Of a stretch of DNA of 58,069 bases, positions 12,867 to 23,952 are shown piece after piece. This stretch comes from Perkinsus olseni. Lineage: Eukaryota. Positions within the stretch are counted from its first letter, which is position 1; each line of letters opens with the position of its first letter. Below the pieces are notes generated by a model that was not told the DNA's origin, did no database searches, and worked only from the letters and a program-made list of their open reading frames with translations. Where the stretch lies: assembly GCA_013115125.1 (NCBI GenBank), contig JABANN010000170.1, positions 1-58,069 of the forward strand, in the 5' to 3' direction. The position numbers and the translations under genes are program-made.

Positions 12867-14556
12867 GCTGTGAATTTACCGATAGAAATTTACGACGTTG
12901 TTGACATGCTCATGTGCGAAGGGTGGATAGAAGATCATATCAAAAATTTATCAGTTTTTTCTATCACGTGTTGGTGGCTTTGGACCGTGTTATGACCCAA
13001 CTAGCTGGCGTTGAGTTTTCTGAGTACTCCAGAGTGGGCTATCATTTGCTGTCATTATGATTGTGCGAAGCGAGGGTAGAATAATCGTTCATTCACAAGT
13101 GGAGCCGGGAGATCTCCTCGGCCAGTGTGCATCGCTCCTATGACGCCACACGTATACCCAGTCGATGGGCACGTTGGCAGAGTCATCCTCCCGTCGGAAC
13201 TTCCGCACCACATGGGACCGTCGTTAGAGAGCTATGAAGGGCTACGAAACAGCTTGGAAGACCGATACGCGAATACTGCCGCGGGGGTGAGTGCTCGCTG
13301 CCGTTTTTAGAAGGTGGGGCCTACGGTGCCTTGCTGTCAGGAAATGCCCATACCAATGCACAAGATTGACAACCGTGCTGAGCTCCTCGACAGACTCCCT
13401 CATTACTTGGCGGTTCAGTTCACCCGAGACGACCAGCACAGGTTGAACAGTGTAGCCACAAGTACCACTACAGTACTGAAGCTGTTCAGAGTTGCAACTG
13501 AACTCAGATTGTCTCTGACAAACTCGAAGCGGCTGTGAACCAACTTCCGGACAACCGCATGCGAGTGGACCGTATGCAATGCATTGACGAGTACGACGAT
13601 CTTCAGTCCGATCGGCAACGAACCTCCTCAGGGACGGAGTGTCAGGGAGAGATTTCCCAATGTGCACGGCACATCGAATTGGAAACAACTTCCCAGTCAT
13701 CAGAGTTTACAGAGTCGATTGGGACAATCGTATGGTATCTGACTGGACTGAGTACGGTGGGTGGTCTCGGCTGCGATGAACCACCTAACAGGGTAGTCGA
13801 GTCGACTGCCGTGTTAGGGAGTCCACTAAGTCGATGCCAGGCCGTGTCTCTCGGGAATTTTAGGATCCCTCGAAGTGCTGTTCCCTTGGCTCCGGCGTCG
13901 GAGCTAGCGAAGCTACTTGGCGACTTTGAGGGCCTAGCTGATGCGCGTGGGCAACTTCATTGCTCACACCGTGAGTCGTTTGTTCGCGGCTGCGCTTCGC
14001 ACTTGCATGAGCAATGCAACCGTAACTTGCAACTAGTCGTCTAGCATGTTGAGGTAAGATTGGACCATTCCCAGCCGGCAGGGATGGCCTGAGATGTTTC
14101 TTGGGTTTTAGCCGGGATTATCGTGCGATTTGGCAGGTTCACACCATGATGCTGTGTGCCATCCCGTACGGATGCACTTCGAGAAGCTTGACGTTGGGCA
14201 GCTACTGAGCAACACAATTCTCTGCCACTCACTGACTCGGAAATTGGCTCCTGGGCCTCGCAGACTGCGGAAAGGAATCACTGCCTCATGATATCATACG
14301 GTAAAGTTATTCTCTCTTATTCATGAGTTGGGTTCGACATTTGCATTGGGTGACCCGACGAGCAGTGACAGCCATAGATTGCAGTTTGAAGCCAAGGTGC
14401 CAACCTCTCAGCAGAGACGAACAGTACTGAGTCCCAAGTTATTTTACGGTTTACTAAGTTCGGGTTTCTCACTGGTTCTGATCATGGTTTATCATGGTTT
14501 GCTCGCACTCCCACCGTGGGAAGTCGAGCAAACCCGGGGACAGACTTCCAAACAAG

Positions 14557-14643
14557 ATGGCGACTGAGATGGCGTCTGACATGGCAGCCGAGATGGCAGC
14601 CCGGAAGGCCTCTGAAGTGGCAGCTGAAGTGGCTTCCGAAATG
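14557..14643 (+). repeat. Degenerate 12-bp tandem repeat (about 7 units, RTGGCNNCNGAR)
   Basis: atggcgactgag atggcgtctgac atggcagccgag atggcagcccgg aaggcctctgaa gtggcagctgaa gtggcttccgaa; reads MATEMASDMAAEMAARKASEVAAEVASE. Confidence 0.7.
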
Positions 14644-16180
14644 CTATGGGTACCTAAGGTGCCACTCATAGTCTGTGTATGACATACAGTAGTTAGGGTT
14701 GAACAATCCACAATATTATGGTCATCATTATGATGGCATCATAATATCGTGACCATAAACCGCTACCGGGTTTAGTCGGAAGAGATCGAGTGTCGTCGTC
14801 TTTTGTGCCCTTTCGTTATCATAGTAGTATCCTGCGGGTCGCGCGCAGCATCTTGCCTCAATGCAACTTGCAAATTGCAACCTGCTGATGGATTTTGGAC
14901 CAGTGATGCAGGATACGGAAACGCTTGAAATGCAGTAAAGCACATTCCAGAACCTTCACTTGAGTAGCTCAAGCTGAGCTGCCCGCGGCAAAAACCAAAA
15001 TCGATGAATTGACAACGAAGCTCAAAAAGCCCGAGGGTGGAGTTTTCGAGGGTGTATAGTATTGTCACAAGAATTGGTACCAAATGAACGACTCGTGTCT
15101 GTTAGACAGTAACTCCGCAGTGGAATGACATCATGATGATGTCATCATCAGTGGTCATCGTCATCATCACCTCGTTGATGATGATTCAACACCAACGAGC
15201 TCAGGTTTAAGCCCCTCAAGAGGGCATATAGGCACACTCTCGTTCCCTTGAAGGGGGTCCCTTCCTGTCGGCTATAAATTATAGCTTATATTCGACGAAG
15301 AGTCAGTGTACCAACGAAGACGAAGTGTACAGCTTCATGTTGGGGAAACTGGATTCTCTGGTCCAAGTGTTAACATCGAGCGATCGGAGTCGCGACCTCA
15401 GGGACGCCGTGAACTCTTGCTTTCACGACGCTCACCGAGGAGCTCTCTCGGCATGCAGTGAAAAACTACCTGGAGTTCGTAATGGTGAAAACGAGCATGA
15501 GCATCCATTTATGACCCATAAATAACCACAAATAAGCATATTATCGTTTAACCGATAATGAAGCTGACCGTCCCAGAGGTCCCCAACAATAAGGGTGGAG
15601 AAGAGCTCCGATGAGGCGCAACGTTTTCAGGATACCCCGGTCTCAGCCACGGATGAGGAGGATTCACTCGCTCAACTTGACGAAGAACTCGGTCAGTGGC
15701 ATTACGGCTCGTCGATAGGCTATAATAAAAATGGGGGAAGGGAAGAGCAAGTGGAGAGAGACATGATGCTGAGGCTTGACCCAAAAGACTACCTGTTTTG
15801 TTCGATGTCTCTGTGAACTTGTAGGGGGTCACAGTTCTCACCGAGAACAGAATACGCCTGTCTTCTCCTTATGGACTCTGCGTGCGGCAATCTGAGCTCT
15901 CTCCGGTTGCTCGCCTGGTGAGAACACTAAGAGATGAGCACGCGAGGTGGTTCCAGAAAAATGGCCGGATTTGTCCATCGTCTCTTACAGTAAGAAATAA
16001 TTTCAGCCACGGAACTTCTCGGCGACCGGAGACAACTCAGATTGCTGCAGAAGGAAGAGAATTGTTGCAGGATAAAGATTATAGGGTTCTTGCGTATTTT
16101 TCGAGTTATGAAATCCCATCGAATACGGGAGTGCGGAGGGAACCGTAATTAGCGCCGTCGGCCCGTTCGTTTTCTGGCCA

Positions 16181-16246
16181 TGATAACCCCAAAAGTTTTG
16201 GGGTTATCAGGTCAAGTTGGGGGAAGGCGTTTTGGGCCAAAACGCC
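16181..16246. repeat. Two adjacent perfect palindromes
   Basis: tgataaccccaaaa-g-ttttggggttatca (14-bp arms) and ggcgttttgg-g-ccaaaacgcc (10-bp arms). Confidence 0.85.
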
Positions 16247-17003
16247 GTCCGACCAAACTCGGTGCCACCAATGCCTCCGTCGTTGATCCGTTGACCCTCA
16301 GAAATTATCGGCCCGTCGAGAAGAACCACTCGACAATCGCAGTCGGCCTCAGCTTCACAGCCTTACCCGTGCCACGTCTTAGGCACCATCGTGTTGATTT
16401 ACGACTGCTATAGCTACAGCTACGTCTTAGCTTTGCAGTACTCGAGACTGTCGGCATGGCGCCCGCGCCCGCATTGTGTCGCATGTCTTTTACCGGGGGC
16501 ATCCCTTCTTACGCGGCATTTCACTCGTGCTACAGTACTAACGTCCTTCCGCTACACAAGAACGTCGCAGGAATAGCTTCCGAGTCAGAAATTCCGTATT
16601 TCGCGCCCGCTTCGACCTCGTGCTTTAGATTATTTAGGTACACCACCCCCTGGTTTCAATGTCGGACCGTGGTGTGGTTACCACGTGGTCTGGCCAGTAC
16701 TTTCCTGATCGCAACTAGGGCCCGCCTGACCGTTGACTCCACAAGTGTGACCGCGGATGACTCGACGGCTTGCGCCCCTTCCACGCTTGTGGCCTGGACA
16801 GCGGCCTAGATTGGAAGTACGTCAGCGTCTTGACGACATTCTCGATCAGCGATGGAAGCTATGTGATCGAACTGAGTCCAGTCGCGCCGCGTCGGTTGCT
16901 ACGCTAGCCGGACAACGGTACTCAGAAGAACGCAATAGTCATGTTGATCATCATCCACGGGATGAGGTTGATCGCATCATGCACAGCATGGCTGGACAGC
17001 CGG

Positions 17004-18675
17004 TTAGCCGACCTCGACATCAGTCCCATGTGGGGCGATCCCGCGAAGGGAGGGCGTCCTCTCCATCTCCTTCGAGGTCAACTCCATCATCTCCAGGATG
17101 TTCCTCGTCCATGTTTGCAGCACCTCCGTGTATCTGCCATAAGAAATTCCGAGGCCATCCTAATAACAATAACGACCCTCTACTCGTCCTCAGCAATAGG
17201 GTTGAAGTATTCGAGGCACTTCTCCCCCTCGATCGCTCCGAAGTCGGAAGACGACATAGTCGTCAGATAAGTGACGGGAGAGGCCCTCTCCTGCTTCCGC
17301 TCCCGGTATCTAAGCCAAAGCAAACCATCGACGCTGAGAGTGTCGACGCAGAGCTCTACTCTTCATGGAAGACCCCACGATGGGTTGGGTCGGAGTAAAC
17401 CTCAATCGCATAAGCGAACTTAGCACCACGACCGTCCTTGAAAGCATAGTCCAGGCTGGAGCCTGGGGCGCCGTGGCCGATCTCCAGAGAGGCTTGCCCT
17501 GACCACACGAAGAGATTATGTGGTACAGAGCGAAGCGATGGACACTACCGGAGGGGCATTGGCAACCGTCATCGGCCACCCTGTCAAGAACGCTTTCGAG
17601 AGCACCCGCGGCCCTAGGGTGAGCGGATGGGCTGTAGGCGAAGGGATAGAAGAGGCCGAGCATTCCGGAGTGGACGGATAGGAAGAAGTCGGGAGAGGTC
17701 TTGTCAATCAACGAGCGAAGTATCTGATGGAAAGATACCCAACCAACTCATGTGACGACCCCTGCCTTGGTTTCGGGCTCGCTGAATTGAGCAGGTCCTG
17801 AGTTTTCCTCGACGGAGCGAAGCTTCGATGACCAATGGGCGGGGCCGCCGAAATTCCTATTGAGATCCACGCCGTTCTCGTTGCCTATGAAGCGATAACA
17901 AGCAGACGCAAGGGCCTTCTCCTGCCGCACCTCGCCAGCACCACTGCTCTTCCTCCATAACCAACCCTCTGCCGGCCTCGTTCGCCACCGGCACAATCGC
18001 CATTGCTCTCAGCGCCGCCTGATGAGCAGTGATGACCAGAGCTGGGAGGATGACCCTCTCCCCACCTCAGTGAATGGCTCTCCAGCGGACGCCCTACCCG
18101 AGCGAACCTCGCAGACTTTTCTGATGAATTGCAAGGCTATCTCGGAGGATATCAGTTCCCTGCAAGGGAGGCATCAAGACGAAGAGAGCTCGAGAGGACC
18201 TCACCGGGCATGCTCTCCGAACACGAGAAGGGACTCTCTAGCGCTCTTTTCCTGATGCTTTCCAACATCCTCGAACCGTACTACCGTCATGACGGTACCT
18301 GAGAGCGTACGGTACGTCATGGTCGAGGTAGCTGACGAGTGCTTCACTCCGGTATGGGAGACTTCGAGAGCGTTCTCACGGGCGATAAGTTATCGCCGAG
18401 GAATGAGTGTTTTGGCGACGAACTCGGGCCAGACAGAATCATAAAAGATTGAACTACTCGTAAGTTCGTCTGTGCAAGAGGTCGGGCGACTCACCGTGCA
18501 GATGCTCCTGTCCAATGGTCATGCCAGGACAGACACTGAGGAGGCTCTTTAAGCTCGAAATGATATCAGTAGTGCTGTGATAGAAGGGCGGCAAGGGAGA
18601 GGCTTCGACGACAGCCGCTACGGCGGTGCTGAGTAGTGCGAGACTAACGACGAGGAATTGGGCCCATGGAGGCAT
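17004..18675 (-). CDS. Secreted M14 zinc carboxypeptidase (multi-exon)
   Basis: Signal peptide MPPWAQFLVVSLALLSTAVAA; HxxE motif VFGEHAR/ELIS; NENGVDLNRNF; GPAQFSEPET; FLSVHSG; GSSLDYAF; YAIEVY; stop TAA 17004-17006. Confidence 0.9.
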
Positions 18676-18759
18676 ACTGATGGCTGAGGCAGGAGGAGGT
18701 TGAGGAAGTATTACCATTGACCAACACGATCCGCCGCTTGATAGGAAAAGTGCACGCTA

Positions 18760-19350
18760 GAAGTGATAACAGTAGGAGTGATGGCAGCAGTAGCTTGTAC
18801 TGTACTACGTATGGCAGTAGCAGCAGGACACAGTTGGGACGATGACGATGACGTAAAGCAGAAGACGTTGACTGTGAGCATGCACGGAGACGACGAGCGT
18901 GAGGGGGAGCATCAGAAGATATAAGCACACAGGTTGATGATGATGACAACCCTCGAGTCTTTCTTCTCACGCCAAGTTACTGGAGTAATGATAAAGGGAC
19001 TTATCTACAGCACATGCTACATAGTGAACGCCCATGGGCCGCAGGAGCGGACATGAGACACATCGGGAGAAGAAGGAGCAGTTGAGAGTGACGATGATGC
19101 TATTATTAATGTTATGGTATAGCGAGAAACAGCAATGCTACAATAGCAATAAGGGATAAGATGATGAAGCACAGTTCCGTGAAGTAGTCTTGTTATTCAT
19201 CGTACAGTGGACACTGCCGCTAAGCGTATCTTAGGTTGATGATGGTAGCTCACAGAAGTACTGTAATAGCGGCAAGTATCAGTAGGATTGGGAATTACCA
19301 GGAAGAAGGAGGAACCTGGCAGTAGCCATGGTAATGGCGATGACAAAGTC
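18760..19350. repeat. Low-complexity trinucleotide-rich intergenic/UTR tract
   Basis: Mixed gat/gac/agc/agt runs; no coherent ORF. Confidence 0.5.
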
Positions 19351-19406
19351 CCTTCCGGCTCACACGCTGAGTGAATGAATCCTTATTTCACCGTTTTTGT
19401 TCCCGG

Positions 19407-22400
19407 TCACCCAACGCTGCTGACACTACTAGGTCCTGTTGTTTCGGTCTTCTCCGACAATTCTCCTGACACAGTCCAGACTTTGCTACGGAACCCTGAG
19501 AGGATGAGCCTGCTACCTGTCTTGGAAGCAGTAGCGGAGGCAGTCGCGCTCGCCCCAGGCTCGTTTGAGGCACTGGCAGGCGACGAGGGAAATCCTGCTC
19601 GGCGTGCCGCGACCCATACAGTAGGGGTAGCCAAACCATATCTAAACATAGTAGACAGGCACTACGCGCGCGCCCGAGCGATCGATATCGGTTATTACTT
19701 CTGTCCCCACCAGCCACCACACTCGAAGCTCCTTCGGGCATTACGGAACGCTGCGGCAACTGCTGGCCACCGCCATACCGACTGCCCTAGGTTGACGTAG
19801 TCGCCTGATGAGAGACAGTAGCGGCCGCAGCAGGGGGAAGGGGGCTAACGAGAAAGGCAGCCGACTAGCAGCTGTTTCAAATAGAAGAATAATAACACAA
19901 ATCCGGATACTCATAGTCATTGCCTCATAGATATATGCTTTTGGCGACATGCCAGTTCGCAAGGGGCTCTATCTATCATAAATGATCCACAGGTTGATTT
20001 CCCTTTATTACCGTTAAGGGCGAGAGGGTCGAGGATGACCATCATGTCAGTAGCGAAGCGTGAGCTCAGTATCGGGTCCTCCGACCTCTCACAGAAGTGC
20101 GAGTGTGCCTCCGCCGCCACCGGCCGGATCGCCAGTCTACTCGCCGAGAATGACCGCATGCAAGTGCCTGTGAGAGTAGCGTGACGAGTGGTACTAGCGT
20201 TCGAGCGACCTACCATCAGACAGTATTAAATTAACTCTATCCCGGAATTGCCGGCTAGGTTCGACATAAGATTCCTCCACGCTGGGGTCCTCCTCGCCAC
20301 CATACCAATATAACATACTCAGCAATAGTTGACCCAAAGATACGTTGCGGTGAGAAGCATTATTACCATAGAATTGATTAAGGAAGGATACTACCATGAG
20401 TACCTGATGGTGTGGTATGAGCACCGCAAGGAAGCCTCAAAACTCTCACCAAAGTGTAGCTGCTCATCCCACCGTCATAAGGGGTGACGAGGCCGTCACA
20501 GACCAAAACGTGTTTAATTACCAACACTAATGGCCGAAGGCAATCATAGTGTTGGCACAGCATCGCTACGTAAGCGGACGTTTCGATACCTTGGACACAC
20601 ACAGCGTCAGCGAGTCGTCTCAGGAATTCCCTTATTACCACTATGCGCTGGTCCCGTGACCGAGATCTGTATCTTCACCGAGGAATGCAGAGGACAGCAC
20701 TCGGAGAATCCACCCTCACAAGTTGAACACCTGTGGTCCATATACCCTAATACCACACCATCCACAAATACTACCATTTCTTCTCGCTTGCCGACTGGGA
20801 TGGTCCTTTACACTGGAGAGTGAGTAGTGGTATCCGAGATGATGCGATAACCACAGGCGTACTCACGAGGGTACCTGGAGCGGAGAGAGCCATCATCACC
20901 AGCCGGTAAGGCCCTTAGGTTGACGGAGAAGATTTCCAACCAAGTCTGCCGCAGCCGAGCAGAGCTCGACAAGACCGCCCGTTCAGCACGCTCAAGATCC
21001 GATCCAAACCGATTGAATGCCCGGTAAGTGCTCGTGCCTCTTGAAAAGATTCGCGATTGATGGTATGGTGAAATTGAACAATGGAAGCGCTCTTAGAGAT
21101 AGCAGGAAAGCTAAAATGGAGAGTCTAACCCGACCTCAGTGCGGGGTCCGATCGCTATTGCTTGTGACGTTTCAAAGCAGCAGCTGAGATCCTCGGAACG
21201 CTGCCAGCTACGATAATAGAAAGCCATCGCATCGGTCCGTGTAAGGAAGCTCGAAGTTGAGGAACGGCAGGGTGGCATGGAGAAGGGTGGAAAGATATTT
21301 CATAGTGGACGTCGGCGACACCGCTCCGTTTTGGAACACTGTAAGACAAGATGCTACCGAGCGAGACAAACCCAGAAGTCCTCTCGCTCATGTGCCGTTC
21401 CCTATGAGCTCTGCTGGCGTTGGCCCTCACTTAGCATCATTCCTAGCGCATCCACGCCCTCCTGATCCCCCCTCTTCTACCTTGGCCCAGTCTCCTCTCC
21501 AAGTGCTGCGCCACCAGATAGAGCAGCTTCAGTCGTTCCTCAGGAGTCGAGGGGGTCTCGTGATTCTGGGACCCTCCACAAGCACTCGAGCTCACCTGTC
21601 GAAGGAACTGAACCAGACGTCTTTGATTTTCCCATACGCCAGAATCGACCTAAGATACCGTCACATCTAGCGCACAGTCTGTGACAAAAAGTATGCCACT
21701 TGCAAAAATGAGGACGCCATGCCACGTGACAGCAGCTGTTTTTGCGATGTGAAGCAGCGCTCGGTCCTTGCAGCTCCCGCCGCTCGAACGCCGTTCTCAC
21801 GTGAAAACCTTTTGCATCTAGCATAGCGGCTCAATTTTTTAATCCAGCATTTTTCCATTACAGACTCCATGAACTGCCTCGACGAAGAGGGTCGCATCGA
21901 AAGAAAAACACAGGCAACTCCTCCCCAAGGCCGCCACCTACTCTGCGACACTCAACGTCACAGAAGGTAGAGGCTGGATATGCCGTAACCTTCCTACTAC
22001 CACCCTGTCACTCACCGAGCTGGGGGAGGAACCTCCGCCCCCACCGCTCCCCCGAGAGCTGCGTCTCGTTGGTATCAACACGAAATCTAGATCACTAGCC
22101 CAGGGAAGATGCAGGTTGTAAGCGTACCTGATGGTGGTGATGCACCGCCTAGCTCCTTACCAGCTCACCAGCGTGAGACTTACGAGCCGAAAACGATCGT
22201 CTTTATCCGGGAGTGGGGGAAATGGTAGGGGTGGAAATTGCCTATCGCATGTTCAATCTGGAAGGCACGGAAATGACCCCAACCGCCTTCAATGATACCG
22301 ATCCCACCTCGTTTGACAGAGTGATGCGCTTCAGGTTGTCACCGCTGATGCTGTAGGAGTCTACAAAGTGCATGAAGAGACCTACGTCAACTGTTACCTA

Positions 22401-23760
22401 AAGGATGGGTCATACTCCGACCGCGCGCCACGAAATTATACCCGCGTTATTACCCTATCGGCCACACTATCAGTTTCAGCGCTCGCGATGCCGCGGAAGA
22501 CTGCATCCACCTTCGCTGACGGAGTTCCCTAAGATTCGGCGAAATCCTTGACCGCGCGCCACTTAATTGCCCACCTCATGGGGACTGGGGCCCTCGGATT
22601 GTGGAGTAGCATCTCCTTCGTGGACGGATCCCTTCCGCTCCTCAATAGAGACAGCGTCACCACCCGTCACCACAGCCACGGACTGCTTCTCATCGGCGTG
22701 AGCAGAGGGAAGAGAGTCTACGATGAAGCCATCAAACCCCCAAGTTCGCCAAAGCCGAACGATCACCGCATTCGGGCACCCGAAGCCTAAGCCCGGCACG
22801 ACCGTTCTTTTACCTTCGCCAGTTAGCCGTGCCGGAGACGACTCCGAAACTACATTACGACTTCCTCCTCTACTACTCGGTCGGCCCGATCTGACAGGGA
22901 GAAACACTCTCCAAAGCCCGGCAGGAAGCACCCACGAGGCCTGAATTAGCGTACCTGTCGCTGTTATTCGCGTCGCTAGCGGCGTCCTCCTGCCCGGTCG
23001 TCTGCTCGGTCTCCGAGCACGACTCCCTCATCGGTGACGGAGAACGGGACACAGACTTCTCGTCTCGGGTGGGGGAAGAGTCACCCTTGTTTCCGAACTG
23101 GGCAGGGGCCGGAAGCATCCCTAATCGGACCTGAGCCAACGCCCGATGAGTATCTAGAGGTCGACCCGCGGAAGATATGATAACCTTGATTGACGCTTCA
23201 ACCTCAGCACGATCTTCCTTAGTCAATTCCCTTCGCTCGTAGGTCGGCGTGTGAGACCCTGAAAGGTGCACTACGAAAGTGAACCCCAGCGAACCCTAGC
23301 AGTACTCTGAAAGCGGTGATTTCGATGGTGGTGGTGATGGTGATGATGATACTGGTGCGACCGCCCTCCGCCGCCTTTCCGGTGCTGGTCCTTAGGGCTG
23401 AGCTCGGGCGTTGAGGAGCCTGCCAGACACTTCGTCTATACCAAACCTCCCCCAACTATTCCCTTCCGAACTAGCAACAACCAATTTTCCCCCGCGGCCC
23501 TCTTAGGGTCTCCAAGGGCCACCATCCGCCTCGAGCCCGCAAGGAGAGGCCCCAGCGTACTGCTACTGCCTCCACGCTATCATCATCGTCTAAACCATCG
23601 TCTCCCGTCTATTATAGTGAAGTAAAGCTACCCCCCTTCCTACCACTGCGATCGTCGCCTCGGTGGGGACGGTTGGGTCGTCGGTGGACGGCGTTATTGC
23701 TGCTGGTGCTGCTGGCCTCGGTCGCAGCGGGAGGAGGGCCTCGGTGGCCGTGGTACGTAC
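19407..23760 (-). CDS. Non-canonical poly(A) polymerase / terminal nucleotidyltransferase, Trf4/TENT4-like (multi-exon, start approximate)
   Basis: Spliced signature IVFGS|YAYNLHLPWASDLDFVL (about 22070-22200); LRPLVLVIKHVLVCDGLVTPYDGGMSSYTL; SLGQLLLSMLYWYG; MVILDPL; NLGQSVWRWPAVAAAFRNA; N-terminal low-complexity region with a poly-His run near 23320-23350. Confidence 0.8.
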
Positions 23761-23952
23761 GCTGCCGCGGGATAGAAATTGTGGACGACGTATTAAATGA
23801 AATGCACTACTACAATGGATGGGATCCAATCGCAACGATGACAAGAACAAATTTGAGAATCGTGCTGACAAATTTAAGCGGAGCGAAGCTCATTTTGAAA
23901 ATTTCGCATCGCGCGTCACCGGTATCCGACTTCAACCTTCTTTCTCGGAGAG

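Noticed and set aside
16757-17398. 213-aa plus-strand ORF
   Set aside because: Largely the antisense shadow of carboxypeptidase 3' exons; no motif.
18282-18297. 16-bp perfect palindrome taccgtcatgacggta
   Set aside because: Lies in a carboxypeptidase exon; one such palindrome is plausible by chance in 58 kb.
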